A model generated the notes under the pieces. It was not told the DNA's origin. It ran no database searches and saw only the letters and a program-made list of their open reading frames with translations. From positions 1 to 64,000 of IMG/VR virus record IMGVR_UViG_3300010356_000998: a DNA stretch of 64,000 bases; one strand, 5' to 3'. How positions within the stretch are numbered: the stretch's first letter is position 1; the number at the start of each line of letters is the position of its first letter. Shown here piece after piece: positions 1-9,828 of this stretch. The stretch is from a virus (lineage: Duplodnaviria > Caudoviricetes). A program made the translations under genes and the position numbers.

Positions 1-1185
1 ACAAAAGGAGAATCCTATGTATTTTCAGATGTTTTAGTAAATCCATTAACAGGTAATCATTTTAATAAAGACGCTGCTAAAATTAATAAAAAGTATTCTA
101 AAGCTGATTCTTATAAAGAAGAACAAAATGCTTTAGAATTTTCTATGAATAGATTATCTATGTTAAATGAGATTGTAAAACCTAAAGAACAATCTACACA
201 ATTATTTAATGGTGGTCCTACTAATAAAAAATATTCTACTATAGATGATCAAACTAATTTTCCTATGGAAGAATTAAGTGTACCATTATCAGATAACTGG
301 TTTTACGATGCTAAGACAGATCAATTATACGATCCTCCTTTGCAACAACCTTCTCCTATAGATACAAGTCTGATTAAAAAACCAATGGCTGATAGAAGTA
401 ATCCTACTTTAAATACTGTAGATGCGCCTATAACCACTGATAGAACTGATTATGTAAGTCCTTTTGATAGAACACCTAAAAATACTGAATTTAATTATAA
501 TACTGTAGCTTTAGGTTTGAAAGGTTTAGGTTTAGCAAAATCTATAGCGGATTCATTAGAACCTGCTGAAATAGAAAAACCTATTTTACCAGATTATAGA
601 CAATCTGATAAACAAATGTATGCTACTAATATTGATTATACCCAAGCTAAACAAGATGCTTTAGCAGCTTCTAATTTAGCTGGTAACATTAATAGAAGTG
701 CTTCTGGTTCTTTAGAGCAATACATGGGTAGACAAGCTGGTAACTATGCTAATTATGCTGACAATATAGGTAGGATATCTATGAAAGAAGCGTTAGATAG
801 AAATCAACAGTATGTACAAAGAGCAGGCTATGAACAAGGTAAAGCATTAGACACATCCAATAGATTGTATCAAAATAGAATCGATAATCAAATGAATAGA
901 GCTAATGCAAACTTAGCCGATCAAAAATTATTCACTGAGTTGACTCAAATAGGTTCTGAATTTAATCAGTATCAAAATTATAAAGAAATGGTACAAAATA
1001 ATAAAGAACTTACACAAGCTTATATAAATGAAGGACTTGCTATTTTAAATTCTAAAAATACTAATTTTGGTTTTTCTGAAGATTTTATTGAAAGAATTAA
1101 ATCAGGAAAAGCTAGTATTGATGATTTAGTTAAATTTGTAGCAACCACTCAATCTACTAAAGCAGAAACTAAAACAACTGACTAA
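1..1185 (+). CDS. crAss-like virion cargo/ejection protein, 5'-truncated by the window
   Basis: Frame 1 is open from base 1 (TKGESYVFSDVL...) into the listed 145..1185 ORF. It is Gln/Ala/Asn-rich and helical, and lies upstream of the giant virion RNAP genes. Confidence 0.55.
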   Translation, partial: TKGESYVFSDVLVNPLTGNHFNKDAAKINKKYSKADSYKEEQNALEFSMNRLSMLNEIVKPKEQSTQLFNGGPTNKKYSTIDDQTNFPMEELSVPLSDNWFYDAKTDQLYDPPLQQPSPIDTSLIKKPMADRSNPTLNTVDAPITTDRTDYVSPFDRTPKNTEFNYNTVALGLKGLGLAKSIADSLEPAEIEKPILPDYRQSDKQMYATNIDYTQAKQDALAASNLAGNINRSASGSLEQYMGRQAGNYANYADNIGRISMKEALDRNQQYVQRAGYEQGKALDTSNRLYQNRIDNQMNRANANLADQKLFTELTQIGSEFNQYQNYKEMVQNNKELTQAYINEGLAILNSKNTNFGFSEDFIERIKSGKASIDDLVKFVATTQSTKAETKTTD

Positions 1186-3872
1186 TGGCTATTACAAGAT
1201 TTGATAAATTTACTCCGAGAGATTATAACATGGAGTGGTATGCTCCTAAAGAATTCATGCCAAATTTTGAAGCATGGTCTGAGTTGTTATCTACTCAACA
1301 ATCTAAATATGATCAAGCTATATTAGCTAGCCAAAAGTTACCTAAACATTTACAGCATAGAACTGATCTTGCTGGAGAATATAAACAAAAGGTTACTTCT
1401 GGAATAGATGATATTAGTAAAACGTATATGGAAAAAGGCTTAACCGAAGGAAATCGTAAAATGCGAGACTTCGGTTTAGCCTATAGCCAAGATTGGCAGC
1501 CTGGTGGATTAGCTTATGAACTTGAACAAGAGTATTCTGATTATGCTACTGCACAAAAACAAATAGATGATTATTATAAAGACAATAAAGCAGAGCATTC
1601 TGTAAATAGAAGGTTTTCATTAGATGCATTAGGTAAAGCTGCTAAACAAGAATTTAAATTTAATCCTGAAACAAATATGTATCAGAGAGCTAATATTTCA
1701 GCAGACTTACGACCTTATGTTGATATTATGGAAGAAGCTCAGAAGGTTGTTAGAGACATTAAAGAAAATGGATATACTGATATTGTATCAATGTCTCCAG
1801 CATGGTTTATGAAAATACAAAAAGAAGAAGTAACTCCTGAAACAATTAAAGAAGTTACGGAAGCTTTAATGCAACAACCTAAATACGCAGAGCAAAGACA
1901 ATTAGAATTGTGGGGAGAAAAACAAAAATATACTCCAGAACAATTGGTTGAGTTAGAAAATAAAGCTAAAGAGAATTTAAAAACTAATTTAGATAGTGTT
2001 ATATCTGAAGCTGAAAAATTAAAGAGTACTAAAAAAGGAAAAGAAGCTTTGCAAACAATGTTACAAAAACAAGGTTATTACACTGGAAAAATTGATGGTG
2101 ATTTTGGTAAAGAATCTCAAGAAGCTTATGAAAAATTTATTCAAGATTCTCAAGCAAAAGTAAATAAAAAAATAGAAAATGTTACTGCAGATTCTATTTT
2201 AAATGATAGAATTTTAAATAATTATACTGAACCTTTGGTAAGAGCTTATGCTAGACAAAAAGTAGAAAAAGACTTAGTATTTAATAAAGAGTGGGAAGTT
2301 AAAATAAATTTACAAGCTCAAAGGGAAAATACAGGAGCTTTAGTTACAGCAATTCAATCTTTAAACAGTCCTGCTCAAAGTGAAGTATTAGTAAGTCCTG
2401 GTTTAAGCAGACCTATGGAAACTATTGATGATTTAAGAAAAACTTACAGTAATACGTATGATCAATCTAAGAAAGCATTTAATGATATAGCTAATATATC
2501 TGGTCTCACTGGATTACTTGGAACATCTGCACCTAATACAATTCATACAGTAACTGAAATAAGAGAACGATCTGCCACACCAGAAGAATTTAAAAAGAAT
2601 TTAATGACTGTTGGTATAGTAGCTGATTCTGATAAATTATGGGATTATTACAATTCTCCTTCTTCAGAAGGTTTAAAGAATTCTTATTTATCAATGCAAC
2701 AAGCTAAACATGATTTAAATGAAGCTAAAAATGCAACAATTGGTTTGTTTGGTAATTATTTTAATACACCAGAAGGAAAAAAAGAAATGGCTTTTATCAA
2801 GAGAGAGTATGGATTAACTAATAAAAAAGATGATGAAGTAATTAAAATGATACTTGAAGATGATCCTAAATTTAGCACTAAACCAAAACAAGCATCTTGG
2901 AGAAGTGTAACAACAGGTATGGAAAACCCTTCTCCTGCAACTTATGTTAATGAACTTGATAGATTAAAACAAAAAATTAATGAAGCAGCAAGAACTAATC
3001 CTGGACTATTTCCAATATCATTAAGAGGTTATGCTTTAACAGCTAAAGAAGGACCATTGGCAGATTTAAATGGATTAATTGTAGAAGATTTAAAAACTGG
3101 ATACACTTTAGGTTATACAAGTGATAGTGGAGATGGTATGAGATTTGCTGAAGCTACGCCTACTGGAATAGGTGGTTCAGTAGATTTCGAAGATGTAAAT
3201 CTTGAAAATATGGATGTTAGATTTAATGTAGATCCTAAGGGTGTTACTTATTATATAACGTCTAAAGAAAAAGGAGAAAAAGGTAGAAATGTAGTTAGTG
3301 TAGTAAGACCACCTGAATCACACAAACCTAAATTAATTCAATCAGCGTTGGAATTAAAAAAACAAGCTGAAGAAACAAAAGATGTTGTTTTAAGAGATCA
3401 GGCGGAATTAATGTATGCAGTTTTAACAAAAGGTGAACAATATAGACAAGCAGTTCAAGATCATATAGAACTTACTCCATTTAATACAACTAAATTATCA
3501 AGTGTAATTGATCCTAATTCAAGTACTGCTTCTCGTACAAGAACCTTTAAAGAAAATAAATATCTTAGTGGAATACCTGTAGGAAATGAGATTGAATCAG
3601 AAAATATGCTTTATCAAAAATTTAAAGTTTTAGATCAAGCTACCGGAGAACAAAGTTATATGATGACTGTACGTACAGATAAAGGATATTTACCAATTAA
3701 AAATGAAAATGGAGGATTATATTATAATTCTTCACAGGCAGCTGAACATCCAATTATACATGAAGAAATGATGTCAAGAATACCTGTAAATGTAAAACAA
3801 CAGAATGTGAAACAAACAAATGTTTCAGAAGAAGATGCGGCAAAGTTAATGTTACTTTTAAACAATAAATAA
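1185..3872 (+). CDS. Large virion/ejection protein with a peptidoglycan-binding (PG_binding_1-like) motif
   Basis: 895 aa with LQTMLQKQGYYTGKIDGDFGKESQEA, a PGBD-type motif. Position in the virion RNAP operon. Confidence 0.6.
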   Translation: MAITRFDKFTPRDYNMEWYAPKEFMPNFEAWSELLSTQQSKYDQAILASQKLPKHLQHRTDLAGEYKQKVTSGIDDISKTYMEKGLTEGNRKMRDFGLAYSQDWQPGGLAYELEQEYSDYATAQKQIDDYYKDNKAEHSVNRRFSLDALGKAAKQEFKFNPETNMYQRANISADLRPYVDIMEEAQKVVRDIKENGYTDIVSMSPAWFMKIQKEEVTPETIKEVTEALMQQPKYAEQRQLELWGEKQKYTPEQLVELENKAKENLKTNLDSVISEAEKLKSTKKGKEALQTMLQKQGYYTGKIDGDFGKESQEAYEKFIQDSQAKVNKKIENVTADSILNDRILNNYTEPLVRAYARQKVEKDLVFNKEWEVKINLQAQRENTGALVTAIQSLNSPAQSEVLVSPGLSRPMETIDDLRKTYSNTYDQSKKAFNDIANISGLTGLLGTSAPNTIHTVTEIRERSATPEEFKKNLMTVGIVADSDKLWDYYNSPSSEGLKNSYLSMQQAKHDLNEAKNATIGLFGNYFNTPEGKKEMAFIKREYGLTNKKDDEVIKMILEDDPKFSTKPKQASWRSVTTGMENPSPATYVNELDRLKQKINEAARTNPGLFPISLRGYALTAKEGPLADLNGLIVEDLKTGYTLGYTSDSGDGMRFAEATPTGIGGSVDFEDVNLENMDVRFNVDPKGVTYYITSKEKGEKGRNVVSVVRPPESHKPKLIQSALELKKQAEETKDVVLRDQAELMYAVLTKGEQYRQAVQDHIELTPFNTTKLSSVIDPNSSTASRTRTFKENKYLSGIPVGNEIESENMLYQKFKVLDQATGEQSYMMTVRTDKGYLPIKNENGGLYYNSSQAAEHPIIHEEMMSRIPVNVKQQNVKQTNVSEEDAAKLMLLLNNK

Positions 3873-3873
3873 A

Positions 3874-6800
3874 ATGCCTGAAATTACAATACCAAGTACA
3901 AACACTAAGTTTGATCCTAAAGTTAGTTTGTTTGAAGAAGCTAATAAACTAGGAGTTAAACCGTTAGTGTTAGCTGATAAAAAATTTAGTGTAGATTCTC
4001 AATCGAACACTTTAAATAGTTTTAGTAATATAGATGCTTCTGAATATGGAAAAAACACTTCGCTGTTTGGTTCTGATTCAGAAGCATCAGCTATTTTAAA
4101 TGAGCAGCGAGCTCAAAATCAAGGAGCTGGTGAACAATTATTAAAAGGATTAGGTCATCTAACTTCTACAGTAGGAACTGAAATATTAAAAGTACCTGGT
4201 TATATAGGAGGATTAGTTGCAGCACCAGCTATGGAAGGTTCACTTATAGAAAATATAGTAGATAATGCTTGGGTTAATGCTTTTGAAGAATTAGATGAAG
4301 GTATTAAAAATCAAATGCCTGTATATTTAACCAAGGAAGTTCAAGAAGGTGGTATTGGTAGAAAATTAGCTTCGTCAGCATGGTGGGCTACTACTGGTGC
4401 TGAAGGTATCGGATTTATGTTATCAATGTTTGCACCTGGTCAAGCTTTAAAAGCTTTAGGTGTTGGTGCTAAACTAGGAAAAGGAATTCAAGCTATAGCA
4501 AAAGAATCTAAATTAGCAAAAATAATTACATCAGAGAAGTTTTTAAAACCTACATTGAATGGTTTAGAGATGACAAGTGATGGCGTTTCTAAAATAGAAT
4601 CTACTGCTGCCATAGCTTTAAATACTTATATAGAAGCTGCTGCTGAAGGAGCTAATACATTTGATAATGTAAGAAAACAGTACTTACAAGATAACCCAGA
4701 TGCTTCCGATGAAGAGGCTAGAAAAGTTGCTAGTGAAGCTGCGGCTAATGTAGTAAAAGCTAATATAGGTGTACTACTTCTGTCTAATGGATTGGATGAA
4801 TTATTTTTATTTAAAGGTTTTGCCGGAGGAGCTGAGAAAATGGCTGAAAAAAGTGTTTTAGGTAAAATTATGAAAAATGGTATTATAGATGTAGACGAAG
4901 CCGGTAAATTAAAAAGAGCTGGTTTAAAAGAATTTGTTAAAGCAGCTCCTTTAAAAATAGCATCTAATTTTGCAAAAGAAGGTTTATTTGAAGAAGGTCT
5001 TCAAACTAAAATTCAACAACATTATGAAGATGTTGCTAGTGGTAAAACTAAAGCTTCTTTTACTGAAGATGTTTTAGGTAATTATTTTGAATCATTGTTT
5101 AACGATCCTGCGATGCAAGAAGCTGTTGTATTAGGTGGTATACTTGGTTCAGGTGCTTCAATGTTTAGTTTAGCTTCTGATATTAAACAAAAGAATGAAA
5201 TGTTATATGGTAGAGAAGCATATACTCCTTCAGCGATTGGTAGATTTTTTGGTAAAAAACAAAAAGAAGCTACTAAAGGATTAGTTAATATAATGAATGA
5301 AAACTTTATTAATTCTACAAGAAGTATTTTCGATATTGCTGAAAAAGATGCTGATGGTAATGTGATTAGAGAAAATGGTAAACTTAAAATTAATGAAACT
5401 AAATTAAAAGATTTAGTTGAACAAAAAGAAGGATTACTATTATTAAATCAATTACATAATTTAGCTGTACTTGAAGGTAATAAAGTGGAAGAAGAAATGT
5501 TAGGCGATTTATTATCTTTTAATTACTTTATGCCATTCTTACAACAAGATGGTGGTTTTGAATTATTAAACCAACATATTTCAAATCAGCTTGTTGACTT
5601 AATGGCAAAGAAAACAGAAGATGCTGGTGGAGGTGTACCTACAGAACAAGATAAAGAAAAGTTAAAAACTAAGCTTTTAAGTAAAGCTAAAGAATATAAA
5701 GATATATATGACACTGTCCATAAAACTACAAATACTGAATTTTATATTCCTGTAGATAATCCTCAAGAATACAGTGGTTGGAAAGAGACAGTTAAGAATA
5801 GAAAGATACAAGCTCTAGTTACTCATAATTCTGCTCAAAAAAGTTTAAATGAATTAAATGAAAAATATCCAGAAGGTATTGATGAAAATACATTACCTCC
5901 TGATAAATTTATCGAATATAAACTTACATCTAAACTTAAAGAAGAGTATCAAAAAAGAGTAAATGATGCTAAAGAAACTTATACAAAACTTTCTTCAGAA
6001 AAAGGTCTTAAAGAAGATTATGAAAAATTCAATAAACAAATACAAGAAGATCTTAAAAAAACTGAAGAGATTGTAAAAGAGGAGGCAGAAAAAGATGAAA
6101 AGATAAAAAATAAACTATCATCTGTTAATTCTTTAAAAGCAAAAGCATCAAGTGTTGGATATGAGGAAAATGAAATGGTTTTATTAGAAGATGATTACGG
6201 AGATCGATTTAAATTTAATCCTTCTACTGGAGAAGTTACTAATGCGTTTGGAAAAACTATTGAAGATTTTGAAGATATGTATGTTGTTCCAAAAAATCTT
6301 GTTTCAAAAGAACAACAAGATTTAGAACAACTAAAAACTTCAATGGAAGTAGCTGAACAGTATAAAGAAGTTTTAAATACTCGTCAAAATTATAAAGAAG
6401 ATTTTGATGTAGAATCTGTAAATAATTCTATTAAAGATTTAATAAATGCTGTAAAAACTTTATATGCAGATAGGCTTAATGGTAAACAAGGTAAAACTAA
6501 AAAATTATTTAGATTACCTAAGTTAGATAAAGGTATATCTGAATTAAATAAAGCTATCGATACTTTAAATAAAAGACTTGAGTATCTAGAATCTTTACCT
6601 TTAAATGATCAAACAGTTAAAGATAAGACAATAGAGTTACTTACAAAATTAGTTAATTTAAGAAATACCTTAACTAACATATCTAAATTAAGCGATATAT
6701 CATTTGGTATAGCAGTTAAAGATACATCTTTATTAAATAAATTACATCAAACTTTTCCAAATGCGCCTTATCTATTTAATAAAATAATGGATAAGAAAGA

Positions 6801-9800
6801 TGCTAATAAGGTTTTAGGTTCTAAAAATACTACTTTAAAAAATAATGTAGTAACTAATTTTAAAGATAATTTAGAAGATTTAGATAAAGCTTTAGAAATT
6901 GTAAATAGCGTTAAAGATTATAGTAAATCAGGAGAAGTGTTTATGTCTACACCTGAAGGCATGGATTCTAAAAATTATACTTATGTAACTAATTTAGAAT
7001 CTGATACATTATACGAAAAGCTTAAAGATTTTGATTTAAGTAATGACTACTTTAATGATTTTCATACAGCTTTAGATGAAGTAATTTCTAAAAATTATCA
7101 TGAAGTATCTGAAAAAGTTCTTGAAAAAACAGTACACTCTTCTCAAAAACAAGATGTAGATACAGCAGAAATTACAGAAGAACCAGCCGATTTAGATAAA
7201 ATTTTTGCACAAAAAGCTTTGCCTAAAACTCCTTTTGTTACTACAGGGGTGTCAGTAAAATATGATCAGCAAGGAAAAGATGTAATTAATAATGAAGGCT
7301 ATCCTGAATTAACACCTTTTGAAACACAAAAGAGATGGTTTAATACTATAGATAAGTATGCTGATACTTTACAAGATTATCAATTAGTACCAGTTACAGG
7401 AGCTACAAAAAATCCTGAATTATTAGCTGCAATACAATCTGGGTTTACAAATCCATCATTACTTAATGATACAGATGTATTTGTATTTTTAGTTGATAAA
7501 GATGGTAACTTTGTAAAAGAAAATGGTAAACATGTATTTACTTCTTTACGAAAACCATCTACAATGTTTCCAGAAAACGGAATGGCTAAAGTAGCACCAG
7601 ATTATACTATTAATTTATATTTACAATCATTAGGTGTTCCTGCAGTAGATTCATTTGAAAAAATTAAAAATCAAAAGATAGGTAACTTTGTACTTGGTAA
7701 AAAAGCTCGTGCTAAATTAAAAGATTTAATTGATTCTGATGCAACTGGTCAAACATTATTAGTATTAGCTAATGAGTATGCTAAAGAACAGTATGAAGCG
7801 TTTATTAATGAAATATTAAATAATACTGATTCTAATGTATCTTTGAAAATAGAAGGTGTTACTAAGGGGTATCAATTATATAGAGTTGATAAAAATGGTA
7901 AAAGAATTAAAAATAAAATTCAAGATGTATTTAATAATATTAGTTTTACAAACTTACCCGGTACTAATCAATTAAAAGGTGGTAAAATAGGAGTAGTTGT
8001 AAATGCAGATGTTAAAGTAGGTAATGAATTTTTGAATCTCCCTAAAGGTACTGTTTATTTTCAATTTGATAATAATGAAGTAATTACTTTAGATTCTAGA
8101 ACATTAAATGATAAAGAAGTTTTAACAGTTATTTATTTACTTTCTTTAGCTGATAATAATAAAGATTTAAATACTATTACAATACCTAGTAAAAATGGAT
8201 ATACTTTTAATGGAAAATCTATTGGTAAAAATATTCCAGTATTCTTTAAAAAATCTAAAACTAATGAACAAGCGTTTTCTTTATTAGAAACACTTATTAA
8301 TTATGGTTTAAGAAAAGATACTAAAAATAAAAAAGGAGAAATCTATATTCAATCTGGTAAAGTAGTGTTTACTGATTTTAATGGTAACTTAAATGAAATA
8401 CCTTTAAGTAAGTTAACAGAAGCTATTAAGAATAAGAATAGTTCTGAAATAAAACCTTTAGTTGACTTTTTAAAACAAAAAAGATTTAATGTACATAATC
8501 TGTTAATAAATAATAATCCAACTTTTATTTATCCCATTTATGAAAATGGTAAATTAACAGTTAATGAAAATAGATCTTATTTTGAATTTATGTTTAATGA
8601 AGTGTTGACTACAACAGCTATGAGTAAAGATGGTTATCCTAGAAGATTACAGCGTAATGTAATGTTTGATTCTAAGTTAACTAAAATGTCTAAAAAAGCT
8701 CCTGTTAAACATGCAGAGAATAAACCGGTTGCGTTAGAGACATCGGAAAAAGTAACTGAAGAATCTATAATAAATAGACAAATTTTAGGTTGGAAAACAC
8801 AAATAGAAAAATTATCTCCAAAAGAAATAAAAGATATTTTAAATCATCAATTAAACAATCTTACTGGGTTTGCTGAATTATTGATTAAAATAGGTATTCA
8901 ACCAACAGAAGAACACGTCAATACTATTTTTAATGCTGTTTATGATATTAAACCTAAAGTACCAGTTTTAGAAAATAAAACTAAATCAATAGATGATCAA
9001 ATAGCCGATCAAAAAGCTGATATAGAAAGAAGAAGAAAAGAATCTTTTGAACAAATAACTTCTCCAGAAGATTTCAAAAAATTAGGATTAGAACAAAATA
9101 AAGATGAACCACCTTATTCTACAACTTTAGATGCTGGAGATGAAAATTTAGAAGAAACTTTATTTGCAGATAGTAAAGAAAAACTTATTGATAAAATTAA
9201 TGCTAAATACGATGCTGAAATAGCTGCTTTACAAAATAAAACAGAAGAAATTTTAAAATATAAAAATATTGAGGTTATAGATACTGAAAATATTGTAAAC
9301 GCAGAAGGTAAAAAAGGGGCTGCTCAATTAGATAGAGATAATAATGTTATTAGAATTAATAGAAAAATTCTTAAAGTAAAGTTTGAAGAAAAAGCATGGA
9401 CTAAACCAAGAGACTTAATTGAAGTTATCCACGGTGAAAAAGTTACAAGTGCTGCTCAAGCTTTACCAGAAAATCAGTTTTCTAATTATCAAGAATTTGA
9501 AAATTTTGTTATGGAACATGAATATCAACACTCTATTTATACTAGAGAAGATTTTGATAAAGAGTTTCCTAATAAAACAAAAGGTGACTATGAATCTGAA
9601 ATTAACAATAGAGCTTTAAAAGAGTTGGGTTTATCTGAAAAAATAACTGAACAAGCTTCTTTAGAAAAACCTAAAAAATTATCAGCTAAAGAAAAACTAG
9701 ATAAGTTAAAAGGTGAAAAAAAATCTATTACTTTAAGTAAAACTCCAACAGCTGATAAAAGAATAGATAATGAATCGTTACTTGATTATTACATCAAAAA

Positions 9801-9828
9801 TAACATTGTACAAAAAAATTGTAAATGA
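3874..9828 (+). CDS. Giant virion/ejection protein (RNAP-associated) with a C-terminal zincin-like HExxH motif
   Basis: 1984 aa. The N-terminal part has Gly/Ala hydrophobic helices. The C-terminal part has MEHEYQH...YESEINNRA. Overlaps the RNAP start (ATGA). Confidence 0.65.
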   Translation: MPEITIPSTNTKFDPKVSLFEEANKLGVKPLVLADKKFSVDSQSNTLNSFSNIDASEYGKNTSLFGSDSEASAILNEQRAQNQGAGEQLLKGLGHLTSTVGTEILKVPGYIGGLVAAPAMEGSLIENIVDNAWVNAFEELDEGIKNQMPVYLTKEVQEGGIGRKLASSAWWATTGAEGIGFMLSMFAPGQALKALGVGAKLGKGIQAIAKESKLAKIITSEKFLKPTLNGLEMTSDGVSKIESTAAIALNTYIEAAAEGANTFDNVRKQYLQDNPDASDEEARKVASEAAANVVKANIGVLLLSNGLDELFLFKGFAGGAEKMAEKSVLGKIMKNGIIDVDEAGKLKRAGLKEFVKAAPLKIASNFAKEGLFEEGLQTKIQQHYEDVASGKTKASFTEDVLGNYFESLFNDPAMQEAVVLGGILGSGASMFSLASDIKQKNEMLYGREAYTPSAIGRFFGKKQKEATKGLVNIMNENFINSTRSIFDIAEKDADGNVIRENGKLKINETKLKDLVEQKEGLLLLNQLHNLAVLEGNKVEEEMLGDLLSFNYFMPFLQQDGGFELLNQHISNQLVDLMAKKTEDAGGGVPTEQDKEKLKTKLLSKAKEYKDIYDTVHKTTNTEFYIPVDNPQEYSGWKETVKNRKIQALVTHNSAQKSLNELNEKYPEGIDENTLPPDKFIEYKLTSKLKEEYQKRVNDAKETYTKLSSEKGLKEDYEKFNKQIQEDLKKTEEIVKEEAEKDEKIKNKLSSVNSLKAKASSVGYEENEMVLLEDDYGDRFKFNPSTGEVTNAFGKTIEDFEDMYVVPKNLVSKEQQDLEQLKTSMEVAEQYKEVLNTRQNYKEDFDVESVNNSIKDLINAVKTLYADRLNGKQGKTKKLFRLPKLDKGISELNKAIDTLNKRLEYLESLPLNDQTVKDKTIELLTKLVNLRNTLTNISKLSDISFGIAVKDTSLLNKLHQTFPNAPYLFNKIMDKKDANKVLGSKNTTLKNNVVTNFKDNLEDLDKALEIVNSVKDYSKSGEVFMSTPEGMDSKNYTYVTNLESDTLYEKLKDFDLSNDYFNDFHTALDEVISKNYHEVSEKVLEKTVHSSQKQDVDTAEITEEPADLDKIFAQKALPKTPFVTTGVSVKYDQQGKDVINNEGYPELTPFETQKRWFNTIDKYADTLQDYQLVPVTGATKNPELLAAIQSGFTNPSLLNDTDVFVFLVDKDGNFVKENGKHVFTSLRKPSTMFPENGMAKVAPDYTINLYLQSLGVPAVDSFEKIKNQKIGNFVLGKKARAKLKDLIDSDATGQTLLVLANEYAKEQYEAFINEILNNTDSNVSLKIEGVTKGYQLYRVDKNGKRIKNKIQDVFNNISFTNLPGTNQLKGGKIGVVVNADVKVGNEFLNLPKGTVYFQFDNNEVITLDSRTLNDKEVLTVIYLLSLADNNKDLNTITIPSKNGYTFNGKSIGKNIPVFFKKSKTNEQAFSLLETLINYGLRKDTKNKKGEIYIQSGKVVFTDFNGNLNEIPLSKLTEAIKNKNSSEIKPLVDFLKQKRFNVHNLLINNNPTFIYPIYENGKLTVNENRSYFEFMFNEVLTTTAMSKDGYPRRLQRNVMFDSKLTKMSKKAPVKHAENKPVALETSEKVTEESIINRQILGWKTQIEKLSPKEIKDILNHQLNNLTGFAELLIKIGIQPTEEHVNTIFNAVYDIKPKVPVLENKTKSIDDQIADQKADIERRRKESFEQITSPEDFKKLGLEQNKDEPPYSTTLDAGDENLEETLFADSKEKLIDKINAKYDAEIAALQNKTEEILKYKNIEVIDTENIVNAEGKKGAAQLDRDNNVIRINRKILKVKFEEKAWTKPRDLIEVIHGEKVTSAAQALPENQFSNYQEFENFVMEHEYQHSIYTREDFDKEFPNKTKGDYESEINNRALKELGLSEKITEQASLEKPKKLSAKEKLDKLKGEKKSITLSKTPTADKRIDNESLLDYYIKNNIVQKNCK